Source: Mytilus trossulus
Taxonomy: Eukaryota
Assembly (NCBI RefSeq): GCF_036588685.1
Contig: NC_086381.1
Location: 66,526,001 to 66,590,000, forward strand
Length of the DNA stretch: 64,000 nucleotides
Direction of reading: 5' to 3'
Positions 42,001 to 54,199 of the stretch are shown here, in pieces. The notes under the pieces are model-generated. The model saw only the letters and a program-made list of their open reading frames with translations. It had not been told where the DNA came from and ran no database searches. Both the position numbers and the translations under genes were made by a program. Each line of letters begins with the position of its first letter. The stretch's first letter is position 1.

Positions 42001-42804
42001 CAAAAATGGCTGTCAATACATTGAAAATAATTCACAATATGTCAAATTGCTCATAAAACCTTAAAGTAGGATTTCCTTTATTAAAATTGTAGGTCAAGTC
42101 TAGTGAAACTTTGATGGTACATTCCCTCCCATGTACCAATGTGACACCTGTCATTAATATTTTGGAAATGGTCACCGTTACCACGGAAACAGCAAAAAAT
42201 ACAAAAAAAAATCAAAATGGTCCAAACTTAAGAATACTTTTCAGAAATGTTTACTGGCATATACATATATATTGCATTTGACTTTGGGATTTAAAAAATG
42301 GCTGCAGTAACCGTGACAGTGGTGCGGGTGACATTCTAGTTTATATTTTTGTTGTTATTACTAGTCTTTTTTATGCTTGGGATTCTTTTTGTTCAGGTGC
42401 AAAAAATCAAACACCAACAAATCAAAACAATATAACAAAGGCTACAAAATACAAGCAAAATATATTATCTTAATTTTGTAACATAGCCTCTTACTATCTA
42501 AAACTAAATGATAGGTCCACCCATCACTGTGGTATCCTTTGATATCCTTCATACCATTTACATATCCTGCACTTAAACCGATGCACTCATTGAATGTTTT
42601 TGAATGTGAAACTGACATACATTCTGTCATGTGATTACACTGCATAACACATACTAAAATGCTCGCCTTAATTTGGAATATCACCGTCTCATTAAAGTAA
42701 ATGTTATTAAGTTCTGATGAATTCTCGGTAAATCCAACTTTTATTTTACATGCAACTATTTGATATGATATCAAAATATATACAATGTCATGTAAAAATG
42801 CCAT
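36060..42804 (-). CDS. PAN/Apple + C-type lectin protein, copy 3 (exons 42804-42495, 38988-38809, 36304-36060)
   Basis: Same exon lengths and splice sites, open frame. Exon 3 protein is identical to copy 1. Exon 1 has LHD, NSSEL, LVCVM, TFNEC; exon 2 has DTAL and KQL. Confidence 0.9.
36636..37318. mobile_element. HINE-like tandem-repeat element, U3 copy
   Basis: Paralogous to 2430-3112. Confidence 0.65.
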
Positions 42805-43937
42805 ATTATATATTAAACATTATAAGATAGTCCCAATTAGTGAGTAAATAAAGCCTCATGAACTGACGATGCATATGTGATGATATTCCTTAATGAATTG
42901 TACATAAATATATAATATCGATATTGTTTCACAGCATCCAATTATATCTCTGATATACTTTACATTTTAAATAACTGCTTATCAAAACAGTTAGCGGAAC
43001 CAAATATTATAACATGTACAGTAACAATATATTTCTGTGTATGTATATTCTTTAAATTACAGGTTTAGTCTAATAGTTATATAATAAATAGCTACATTTA
43101 GGGGAAATATTTTAGGGTTTAGTTTTGATTAAAACAGAAAATTGAAATATGCAAAACCAATCTATCAAATTGTTCAATCCATTTCATTGAATGTCTGTTT
43201 ATGATTATCAAACTAATAAAAATTAACACTACACATTACTTTCAATTAAATAAAATTACTTTTAACTAGTAAGAAAATATTGTAAGACCATTTCATTAAA
43301 ACTGTAATCCTTTTAAAAGGGTGCTTAACACGCTTTCTCGCTAAAAAAGGTAATATATTCTTCTTGTCTGGAACTTAAAATATTTGCCATGAAATCTGAC
43401 TATCAAAAGCAACTTTACCTCAAAATATGTTATTGTAACTGTTCCGCTGCATATTATAAAAAATATATAAAATAAACTGCCAGTGCATCGAAGATTGCAA
43501 TGAGGAGGTTACCTCATAATGTGGTTGAAGCAAATTAAAATCGCAACCACTGTTTTGTATACTCGAATAGAAAATTAAAGGATGTGGGGTATCCATCCAT
43601 GACCAAACAAAAAGCACACAAAAAGCAAAGGAACATTGTTTAAATTGGTGTTCTTTGTCTCAAAGTCACAGTGAGGCCTTAAAAACGGAGCTAAAAAAAA
43701 TCACTGCAAGTTTAGGACAGTCCCTAGCACCAGTTAAGTGGTGTTATTATTAAGTATGCTTCGTCTAATAGAATAACAAAAGCATGCCTAATATTCAAAT
43801 GATTGAACATATAGTATAGCAGGAAATTGAAAGTCTAAAGTATAGAACATCAATAAATATGTTAAACTTTTACTCAATTTTTGTGTAGTTTGAGCTGCAA
43901 AATTATTTTTTTTATCATATGCATCCGATTTAACCTT

Positions 43938-43993
43938 GAGAGATGCACACGCCTGATGAAGCTAGTTTGTCTAGCGAAATATTGCGTATTTCT
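43938..43993 (+). ncRNA. Minimal type I hammerhead ribozyme (U3-A)
   Basis: Core and stems identical to U1-A. Confidence 0.8.
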
Positions 43994-44065
43994 ATTTAAA
44001 ACCTACTAGAACTTTTTATTGTATCAATTAATTAGTTTAATTATATTCTTAGACCTTTATATATA

Positions 44066-44110
44066 CACCTGAAGATCTGCGGAAGCAGTGAAAGTACTAG
44101 TAAAAAAGTG
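44066..44110 (+). ncRNA. Minimal hammerhead ribozyme of a different family (U3-C)
   Basis: ac-CTGAAGA-t-ctgc(ggaa)gcag-t-GAAA-gtac-TA-gt; palindromic AGTACT stem III; stem I is short and probably truncated at its 5' side. Confidence 0.65.
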
Positions 44111-44216
44111 ATGCATTGAAACCGTTATTATCTTTTAATAATTTTCTTATATGTTACAATCATACGGACTTTACTTAACTTTTTCTTATATATATATATT
44201 TATATATATATATATA

Positions 44217-44380
44217 CAACTCGTCTAAACATCAACCCAACAATGTTAGATCTGTAAATTTGCTTTCGCAAATTTTTGGTTCTTCCCTCGCCGGGATTCG
44301 AACCCATGCTTCTGTGATATCGTGACACCAAATCGCCTGCACTGCAGCCGTCCCGCTAGACCACACGACCACCTGGTCTC
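44217..44380 (-). mobile_element. tRNA-derived SINE-like sequence within a (TA)n tract
   Basis: Minus strand has an A-box-like TGGTCGTGTGG and a B box GGTTCGAATCCC, followed by a non-tRNA tail; (TA)n on both sides. Confidence 0.7.
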
Positions 44381-44940
44381 TATATATATATATAAAACGT
44401 CTGAATAATAGTCAACGATTTTTCCCACGAGGGCGCCATATATATATTATCATATAAACTACCCAATCACAAGACATCTTTTAAGAGCAGGGCATGATTT
44501 TGAAAACGTCACATTTCAAATCATCGAGAAAAACCAAATTGGGATACACAAGGAAGACAAAAAAGAGAGGGATGTTGGATGCACCAGTTACGAACTCTTG
44601 AACCTGATGGACTCAATGAGAGATACATGTACGAAAAAAGATTTAAAAACAAATCTAAATAATAATCTTGGAATCATACAAATTAATTTATAGAAATCCA
44701 TACAATTAATCGAACATCAATAAATATGTTAAACATTTACTCCAACTTTATGTAGTTGTAGCTACAAACATATGTTTTACAGAACATCAATAAATATGTT
44801 AAACATTTACTCCAACTTTATGTAGTTGTAGCTACAAACATATTTTTTTACAGAACATCAATGAATATGTTAACCTTTCACTCAAATTTTGTGTAGTTCA
44901 AGCTACAATTTTTTTTTGTCATGCATCTGATTTCTCCTAA

Positions 44941-44995
44941 AGAGATGCACACGCCTGATGAAGGTAATTTGTTTAGCGAAATATTGCGTATTTCT
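44941..44995 (+). ncRNA. Minimal hammerhead ribozyme (U3-B), stem II mismatch
   Basis: CTGATGA-a-ggtaa(tttgt)ttagc-GAAA: a G-G mismatch in stem II. Confidence 0.6.
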
Positions 44996-45696
44996 ATTTA
45001 AATTCTTTAAGAATTTTAAATGTATTAATTAGCGTGTTTAAGTTATATTCTTAGACAGTTATATAATTTTAATTCAGTAACTGTATCAGTTTATTAACTG
45101 ATTAAATAGATTGAATGTTGATTGTTGCTATTTGCAGACATTATATATATATATTATCATATATATATGTCATAGGAATTTTTTTGCAAAGATTCATATA
45201 GGGTCAAAATATAAATCTAGGTGAAGTTTTTATGACTTATTTGCAATATTTATTATGGGGCTGATGTAATGGGTCACATTTAACAGATTTATATACGTAA
45301 AGTCATGCAAATTAAAATAAAAAATGATGCAAATATTTGTATACTAAATGGCTGCATTTTCTCATAACACTTATGTAACATATACTTATTTCTCAAAAAA
45401 ATTATATAATTTGTCCAATTTTAGAAGAAATTTACTTTTGTTTTTAATTGTTTGCTCACAGTAAACAATTTGCCGATATGTATTTCGTATGCAGTGAACT
45501 CCGCGTGGCCTTTCTGGTAAAAATCCGGTGATCGCAATACGCATGAATCTGTCATTGAAATAAATTAATATCTTACTATATTTTGTATACACTTCCTCAA
45601 TATCCATGCTTCAAAATTCATCAATGAATTGAAAATTATTATCCAAGCGCGAAGGAAGGGAGACAAGCCATATAAATCTGCACAAACTATTCTCTG

Positions 45697-46398
45697 TCAA
45701 AAACGAACAGTAATACATAAATTTCTCTCGCTAAAATCTAAAACGTTGTTACATACACGAGCGAATCGTACAAGTTGAGATATATAAACACCATAAGATG
45801 GTGACAAGGGAACGTCACCATCTAAAAATGTATAATTAACGATAGGAAAGAAAATCATCTTTTTTATCATATTTTTTTGTATTAAGCCTCCCGTTAATGA
45901 TATAGATTTCAAGATTGAGGAAAGGACAGTGGTCATTGTTAGTATTAGCTTTATTTAAAGTTAGTTCTACAGGATAAATTTCTTTAGTATACATACGGAA
46001 GTCGTTATTATTGAGAGCCAATATATCATCCAAATATCTAAAAGTATTGTTAAATTTTTGTATCAAATCTTGTTTCGATGGGTCTTTGCTAATTTAAGTC
46101 ATAAATTGTAACTCATAACAATACAAAAACAGGTCCGCAATAAGTGGTGCACAGTTATTCCCCATTGGAATTCCAATAACTTGACGATATACGGAATATC
46201 CAAAGCGAACAAAGATGTTATCATGTAAAAATTCAAGCGCATATAAAGTATCAAAGCATGTCCAATTGACATAGTTCTTTTGTTTATTGCTACTAAAAAA
46301 TGACCTAAAGGAGTTTGAACATATGTACTCGCATTCTGACTTTTTAAATGCCCATTTAATTAGAGATGTGAATTTTTTCTTAATAAGAATATGAGGCA
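45697..46398 (-). mobile_element. Penelope-like element reverse transcriptase fragment (interrupted by stop and frameshift)
   Basis: YRQVIGIPMGNNCAPLIADLFLYCYE; FNNTFRYLDDILALNN; IYPVELTLNK; FPIVNYTFLDGDVPLSPSYGVYISQLVRFARVC, spread over three overlapping ORFs. Confidence 0.88.
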
Positions 46399-46760
46399 AA
46401 TAAAGGCAACAGTGGTATACCGCTGTTCAAAACTCATCAATCCATGGACAAAAAACAAAATCGGGATAAGAAACTAAAACCGAGGGAAACGCATTAAATA
46501 TAAGAGGAGAACAACGACACAACACCGAAACGCAACAGCACACAGACACGGACCAAGCAACAGACAAAACACCACGAGAATAACAAATATAACATCAAAA
46601 CCAAATATATGAATTTGGGATAGACAAGTACCGTGCCACGTCTTATCTCAAAAATAAGAGAAAACACAAAAGACTCAACGTTAAAATGCAACACACACAC
46701 AGAAACGAACAATATTATAACAATGGCCATCTTCCTGACTTGGTACAGGACACTTTTAAA
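46399..46760. mobile_element. Dispersed non-autonomous repeat (Helentron-like hairpin end) truncating the RT fragment
   Basis: Starts aataaaggcaacagtggtataccgctgttcaaa (hairpin aacagtgg-tata-ccgctgtt). Shares ttcctgacttggtacagg with the repeat at ~2235-2420, which recurs inverted at ~58150-58335. Confidence 0.55.
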
Positions 46761-48199
46761 GTGGTATATAGGGTAGACATATTAAAACTTTGAACAGATT
46801 CAAAATCACCAATATATGCATGCAATTTATCAAGTACTTCCAACGAGTTTTTGACACTCCAAAAGTAATTAATTCTACTATTTTCAAAGGCCTTATTTGA
46901 CCAATTAATTATCAGGTATTTTATTGTATTGACGATGCGATTTAGATTTCAAAATATTAAATTCAAAATAATTATTACATTGATGGTTTAATTGATTATT
47001 TTTCACCTAGCTTTCAATAACTCAGATCTGTACTTTGTGGTTTTGTTTTGTTTAAGTGGATCGATCTGGTTACTCTTTTTTCAACGGATTTCCATGGTTT
47101 GTTCTTGTGTTGTAAGACCTCGGTCCCAGATTAAGGGGTGTGTAACTGTTTATCATATTTGTTTTCGGTTTATTGTTTGTACTTCAATGAGCTCGTTCGT
47201 TTTTTTATGGTAATTTTAGGCATTTAAATCATTAATCGACTTGCTCAAAAAACTGATTAAAGACAGAACTTACTTCATAAATATTTTTACCCTAGGAGGC
47301 AATAATTAAGCGACTTAACGTATGCATAAGGTATGCTTACGGTTAGCCTCATATTTATTATGCATTATTTATGGGCGATAATTAGATTCATATTGTTATC
47401 AATAAAAACATTCTGGTATTTACAAGACAACAGATTGTGAGATGGCACATTTTATGTTTCTTTTCAATTCTTTATGTATTTCTAATTTTGCCAAACGTCG
47501 TCAGTAAAAAAACATAATCCAGCAAACGAATGTATCTCATTGCAAATGAAAAGTAGGGATACCAGATGTATTGCTTTGTATATTTTAGATAAAGAAATGT
47601 ATCTCCATGCTCCTAATTAGAATAAAATAAGATTGCCTCAAATATTACAATTAGCAGATCGTTACGTGTACATGCAAATCATGAAACGCAATTGCAAAAT
47701 TGTCTAACAAAATATCCGTAGAAAGACATGCAGTTGTTGTGTCGTTCTATAATTAGATGTTGGTAACGGACGAGTGCATTCATTACTTTTATTTTTTCAT
47801 ATGTATTAGTAGACACTCGTTTATTTTCGATATGCATATATTAGATATTGGAATTAACCAAAGAGAGGTGAAAGATACCACCGGAATATTCAAACTCATG
47901 CGATCTGGAAGGGACACCTGTCGGATTAATCGTGTAAGAACAAACCTAATGATAGGTCTAATTCGGTAAAACACATATACGAGTGAAAGAGGACGGAATT
48001 GTGGCTTCAACAATTTGAACAAATCCGTCTTTTTCGGTGAAGGTGTAATACCACCATTGATTTTTCTCTATTATTCTTTGTTAAATTTGCACTTTTCAAA
48101 AAAATATGCTGAATTTATTATTGTTTTAAATACAGAATAATTGGCATGAGTCAAGTTTTATCCTGTCCAATACTACAGAAAATCCTGGTTTTATAGCTT

Positions 48200-48830
48200 C
48201 CATGTAAGCAGCAACCTTCTTTCAAAATGATGTTGATAGGAAATGCAACGCTATATTCAGACTCTGCTGGAAATTTGCGTGAAAGAAATTGAAGGTGCAC
48301 ATTGGGAAGCTTTGTTTAGAAGTTTCCATTTAAAGTCTAGTCCTCAACCGACCCTGATGGCCAAGTTAAACGTACATTAAGACAACATGTCAAGATGTGA
48401 GGCAAACTTTGTATCTTTCGTATCCTTTATTTCAAGTTCAATGGAATAAATGCGTTCAAGATTGTCACCAAACGTTGAATTATTTATTTAGAGAACATAA
48501 TCCATATAGAGAAACGTGAAGTCAAATGATATCGCTCGCCTCTTCTCATTCTTTCAAAAAGTAACTGTCTGAAGTCAACCTAATATCAATAAAGAAATAA
48601 GTCGGCTAGAAGAGGGTCACAATTGGTTTCCATTGGAATGCCGATTATTTGTTAAATAAACCCACTCTCCAAACAAAACAGATATGTTGTCAATCAAAAT
48701 ATAAGTACCTTCACAATGTCAGTCTCAAAAAGTGTTTTGGTTTGATAATAGTGATTTTTTTTACAACGTTTGATTTATTCCACCCTAAGACAACATACTT
48801 GTATCTACTTTCATAATTTTTTTTATGAAA
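48200..48830 (-). mobile_element. Second, older Penelope-like RT remnant of a related family
   Basis: Minus strand reads GIPMETNCDPLLADLF (~48596-48643) and IYSIELEIKDT (~48419-48451); heavily degraded. Confidence 0.7.
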
Positions 48831-50150
48831 CAAAGCAAGACCAAGGTTGTGTTTTTCAATGGGCACTTATATTATTGGGTACATTTGATCTCTCTTATAT
48901 CTATTGATAGGGTCGTTGTCTACCAGTATATAAATAATATTATCACCAAAAAATGTATGACTTTTTTTCAATCAAAAACTTTAAATAACGAAAGTAATGC
49001 ATTATGTAAAAAAAGATGTATTTAGCTCTAACATACTTCATTACTTCGAATACCTTTTTTTTTTCTTTGAAGATCAAATTATATAATTTATATATATTGA
49101 AAGTATTGTTTAAGATCAGAACTATTTTAAATGTAGTCACATTGTAATTTTTGGTTTTTGGTTTTTGTGTTCTTTTGTGTTGTACTGTTTTATGTCAGTA
49201 GTTTGTTTTCACATATTTTGAGTTGTTCTGTCAGTAAAATAGAATGCAATCGCCTTGTAGAAGTTTATTGATTTAATGCTGTGAGAAAAATTGTTTTTAT
49301 TATCTTTCAATTTAGCTAATTATTAGGAAATTGAATACTCATACACAGAGAAAAGATAAAGTGATGTATAAAATAGATTGATAGGAAATAGTTAAGTGGC
49401 AGAACTCAAAGTATGTTAACTTTATATTTGTTGTCATTTGAAAGTTCTTGTGTCAAAAGGATGTTTTATGAAACAGAGTGAAACATATAAATGAAGTTAT
49501 GTTTCCTCAGAATACTTTCACTGTCAAGCGACTGTCTTCATGACACACTTGATGACAGAGAATGGATAAAAAAAGGTAAAGTACAAATGACAATTGAATG
49601 TAAAAATTAAATATTCCCCTACCTACTTTTCTCCGCATGCTTGAAGCTTTAACTTGATATTTGATGTATATTTATCATGACTAATTACACATTAATTTTG
49701 ATTTATGTTTTGCCCGGATGAGCAGAGTTATGGTCATTGGATCTAGAGCATAAACACAAATAATCAGTGTTCTTCCTTTTTTATGTCATGTTTCAAGTAC
49801 AAGATTGGTATATATTGTTATCATGACGAGTTACAGATCAAGTTCAAATTTTGTACCCATGTAATGATTTTGTACAGAGTTACGGTCCCTGGACTTTTAA
49901 AATCACTCAAATAATTAAAAATAAAAATAATGCTTATACTTGTTCTGTATATTTGATATTTGAATTTTTAGATTGTAAAGTGTATCAAGCAATTGAAAAG
50001 ATTGCAAAGGAAAGAACTTTAATGAAGGATATTGGGAAACTGTCTCCTGCAGAAAAGACATCAAGTTTGGAGTCCTACCATAGAGTTGTGTGTTTCTTTG
50101 CACCAAAGTCTGTGCATTTCAAGCATGCAAAAATCGAGGCAAGGTAAGTA

Positions 50151-50556
50151 CCGATTATCAGGTTATCTGCATGTTGATATCGTAAAATATCAGCTGCGAG
50201 ACATAATATGAAGCTTTTTGTCGAGTGTGCGTAGCGAACGAGATCAAAAAGCCTTCATATTTTGTCAAGCAGCTGATATTTTACATTATCAATATGCAGA
50301 TAATCTGATAATCAATTTATCGGGCTATATTTGCGTGTTTAAGAAGTGTTTTCTTTGTTTCACCAGCACACAAAAGATGACTTGATAAGTTCGGGTCAAA
50401 GTTATTAACGTCGGTTCAAACATTATGACGTCGCTGATATGTCCGGGTCAAAGTTATTAAGGCCGGGTCAACGTATTTGACGTCACAAAGACATAATACG
50501 GAATAATATTAAGAGCTGAACAGAGTGATATAGACAGTGGGACGACCGATAATAAT
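50151..50556. mobile_element. Small non-autonomous element with a ~160-bp foldback, just downstream of a transposase splice donor
   Basis: gattatcaggttatctgcatgttgat...tatcagctgc...atatgaagcttttt pairs with aaaaagccttcatat...gcagctgata...atcaatatgcagataatctgataatc (50153-50314). Confidence 0.6.
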
Positions 50557-51429
50557 AAAACTCAATCTTAAAGTACTAGTAATAATCATATTCACTCCAG
50601 ATAATCTTAACTCTAAATATATTTAAAATTGAGTACCCCTAGTGACCTGTATCTGAGCTAGGTGAACAGATATTTGTACAGAAAAGATCTTATTTTTTTT
50701 CAAAGGCCAAGAAATAAATACAATACAGTTATCTTTGTTCTTATGTCACTTATTACCCGTAATTAAATTAAATTCCCAATAATAAATAGGTTGGCTATAA
50801 AAAAAAACATTTATAATGAAAAGGTCTGCAAACATTTTCTTGGGTAATAATATCTAATTGTAAACATGAAGTCATAGTATATTCCCTATGTTAAACATAA
50901 ATAATTTACCTATTTATACTTATCTTATGCCTCTAATAATAGGCATTAATTATGACAAAAAGATTTTGATGTACAAAATGTGACTTTCTTGTTTATTTTT
51001 ATTATAAATTACAAAGTCATGAAAAAGTCAGAAATCAAAATTTCTTCTTTACAAACTGGTAGAACACGGAATCTAACCCTTCATAGTATTTGTCAATGTC
51101 CAATGAAAACTATTGCTATAAAATGTACATGTATGGGAGACATGGTAATCATATATTTTTTTTCTCCAGAATCTACTTGGCAGCAATGCATTTTAATGAA
51201 AATTCTTCAAGACCTCAGGCAGTGACATCAACTGGAACGGCACAATTAAGAGTTTCCTATCCAAAGGCTCGTAAAGGTAAAGGTGTTGCAAAGGAAGTTA
51301 AGGTTAATGCAACGTATGGTAAATATATTTTTAACTTTTTAAAATACATCTATTACAGGCATGATTTTTATACAACTATCAAAAAGTATTTTGTGTTTGT
51401 ATGTATTGGTACCACTTTATTATTATCTG

Positions 51430-52740
51430 GCATCAGGGTTGTCCCAAGACACTTTTTTTCTGGATAATCACTTTAGTTTTAAAAGTGAATGGATCTTTAT
51501 GACATTTAAACACAAGGTTTGAAACCACAAAAGGAAGGTTAGGATTGATTTTGGGGACTATGGTCCCAGCAGGTTTGGAACTAGGTTCCAAAAAGAATAC
51601 TTTTCTTACACTTATAAGTTGCTTATTTCTTTACCAATTTCAAGGGGATTTTATTCCAGATTTCTTGGGTTCTTTCATTTTGGGAATTTGGGCCTGTTTT
51701 AAATTGGTCAAAAAGAGGTCCAAAATTTAATTTTCTTTGATTTCATCAAAAAATGAATTTTTGGGGTTCTTTGTTATGCCAAATTTAACTGATTTTTTGG
51801 AGGGGGAGGGGGTGCAGTTTTCAAATTGGTCTACATAAAGGTTCAAAGGGTCCAAAATGATATTAAGTGTGATTTCAACAAAGATAAATTATATGGGGTT
51901 CTCTAGTTTGCTGAATTAAACCATGTATTTAGATATATGATTTTTGGTCCCTTTTAAAAGTTTCCGGTAAAATGGTCCCAAATTAAACATTTTTTATTTC
52001 ATCAAATTTGTGGTTTTTTGATATGCTGACTTGTAATGTACATGTATATAGAGACTTGTAATTTTGGGTCCCATTTTCAAATTAGTGTACAATAAGGTTC
52101 AAAAAGTCCAAGATGAAGCTTATTGTGATTTCAACAAAATTTAAAATATGGGGTTCTTTGGTTTTCTGAATCTAACGATGTATTTTGATTTTTGGGCCCC
52201 TTTATCAAATTAGTCCCCTTTGAGGTCAAAATGGTCAAAAATTAAACTGTTTTGAATTTAATCTGAAATTAAATTATTGGTTTTTTTTTATATGTCGAAT
52301 CCAAATGAATATTTAGAATTGTAATTTTGGGTCTTGTTTTCAAATTAGTCTGCAAAAGGTTGAGAGAGTTCAAAATTTAACAAATATTGAATTGATAGGG
52401 TTCTTTGGTTTTCGGGCCATGTTATATCAAATTGGTCAACATTGAGGTCAAATGGGTGCAAAAAAATATTTTTTGGAATTCTGGGACATTTTTTTATATT
52501 CTGAATCTAACCCTGTATTTAGAGTTTGGATATTGGACCATAATGGGTAAATTTAAAGTTCAATAATGAATTTGACCATATTCATTCTTGTCAGAAACCT
52601 GTGCTGTGTCAAAAATGTAATCTCAATCTAAATTTAGAGCTGTATCAGGCTTAAATGTTGTGTCCATACCCACCCCAACTGTTCAAAAGTTTCACCTTTG
52701 TGGTCATATCAAGCTGCATCCTGCAGAGCATTTATTTTCA
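51430..52740. repeat. Degenerate ~110-130-bp tandem array (probable HINE-like insertion) in a Kolobok transposase intron
   Basis: Recurring ggggttctttg...ctgaatctaacc.tgtatttaga...ttttgggtcc...tcaaattggtc...aggt.caaa.ggtccaaaatt motifs. Confidence 0.65.
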
Positions 52741-54199
52741 TTAGTTTGCTATTGACTTTGAATTCAATTGTTATTTGATGTTGTGTAATATGTTAATTAT
52801 TTTGTTCAAAGTACATAAATTAAGTGATTAGTTTTCTCTTCTGAATTGTATTTTCTTTGACATCATGGGGCATAGCCGACTAGCTGGTATGGGCCTTGCT
52901 CCTTGTTGAAGGCTTTATTGATCTGAGGTTGCTTATCTCTGTGTCATGTTGGTCTCTTGAGGAGAGTAGTCTCATTTTGCAATCATACCACATCCTCCTT
53001 TTGATATATGTAAAAATTAATTTCATCACTAACTTTTTTCTATGTATTTCTACTTGTTGAAATATAAAAAAAGTCTTGTTTTCTTTCAAGTGCAAATTTG
53101 TTGATATCTGTTCATGAAGAATAATTTGTAGACTTTGTAGATAAACATTTTATTATTTTTACAGGTTATGTTCAAGAACTATTCCAGGATCTGCTGTTCA
53201 GAAGGGAGCGTCTAAAGAGCTACAGTGAAGCAATTGCAGAAAGAAGACGTGATGATAAAGTCCGACCTCTTCCTTTATCACACAGTAAACCTCATCCCCC
53301 CAAGGCAGACATTTTTGATAACCACAAATGAAGATTTAATTTGGAATAAACATTAATTTATTTATTTATCATACATAAAATTGAGAATGGAAATAGGGAA
53401 TGTGTCAGAGAAACAACAATATATATTTCAACTTATTAATATTGAACTGACAAACTTCAAAACTTACTGAGCACAGGGATAAAAATACTTTTGAAAAATT
53501 CATTAAACTATTTCAAAATATAAATTTGTAAAAATTTTCTAAAAATTTAAAAAAACAAACAAGTCTTTAGTCTTAGATGCATGATTTTTTTATTTCTTGT
53601 TAGTGGCATCTGAACTAGCCATCAGATAACTGTGAGTACTCTCAGATCTGTTCATTTTGTCTTTTTGTGTAGGAATGTATAAGTACCTGGCCACGTCCAC
53701 TGGTATTTTTGGCCTATCTGATGAGTTTAGCCTTTTACAACTGATTTTTATAGTTCGTTCTTATGTTGTACTGTTATACCACTGTCCCAGGTTAGGGGAG
53801 GGTTGGGATCCCGCTATCATGTTTAACCCCACCACATTATCTATGTTTGTGCCTGTCCCAAGTCAGGAGCTTGTACAACAGTCGTTTGTTTATGTATTAC
53901 ATATTTGTTTTTCGATCATTTTTTTACATAAATAAGGTCATTAGTTTTCTCGTTTGAATTATTTTACATTGTCTTATCGGGGCCTTTTATATCCGACTAT
54001 GTGGTATGGGCTTTGCTCATTGTTGAAGGCTGTACGGTTACCCATTGTTGTTAATCTTTGTGTCATTTTGGTCTTTTGTGTATAGTTGTCTCATTGGCAA
54101 TAATACCACATTTTCTTTTTTTATAAGTTATATTTGAATTAAATGACAACAGAATAATATAATAATTTTAACAAATTCCTACACAAAGTGTTTATATTT

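Larger units (their letters stand above)
43843..45066 (+). mobile_element. Penelope-like remnant, U3 copy, with extra sequence inside the (TA)n tract
   Basis: Paralogous to 9590-10405; reads ...LRTLEPDGLNE; extra 44066-44380 and an additional ~60-bp subrepeat at ~44712-44850. Confidence 0.8.
29344..45700. repeat. Tandem segmental duplication unit U3 (CACTA insertion; truncated at ~45700)
   Basis: Colinear with U1 up to the equivalent of ~11670, with a deletion at 45611 of U1 ~10950-11578. It then runs directly into an RT fragment. Confidence 0.93.
49511..53349 (+). pseudogene. Kolobok transposase, C-terminal part only (exons ~49511-49575, 49972-50143, 51170-51318, 53165-53349)
   Basis: Spliced: ...DCLHDTLDDREWIKK-D-CKVYQAIEKIAKERTLMKDIGKLSPAEKTSSLESYHRVVCFFAPKSVHFKHAKIEA-R-IYLAAMHFNENSSRPQAVTSTGTAQLRVSYPKARKGKGVAKEVKVNATY-G-YVQELFQDLL...PLPLSHSKPHPPKADIFDNHK*RF. 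GT-AG phases agree. TSxLExxH...FAPK...LAAxHxNEN is the recalled Kolobok transposase pattern. The N-terminal and most of the catalytic region are absent; TGA at 53329. Confidence 0.82.

Noticed and set aside
44217-44380. tRNA gene (also 12805-12850)
   Set aside because: A/B boxes are present but there is no convincing cloverleaf or acceptor stem, and the sequence continues into a SINE-like body.
1-45700. Tandem units as a pure assembly artefact
   Set aside because: The copies differ by many substitutions, unit-specific indels and TE insertions, and there are more than two versions. Partial haplotype concatenation cannot be fully excluded without reads.
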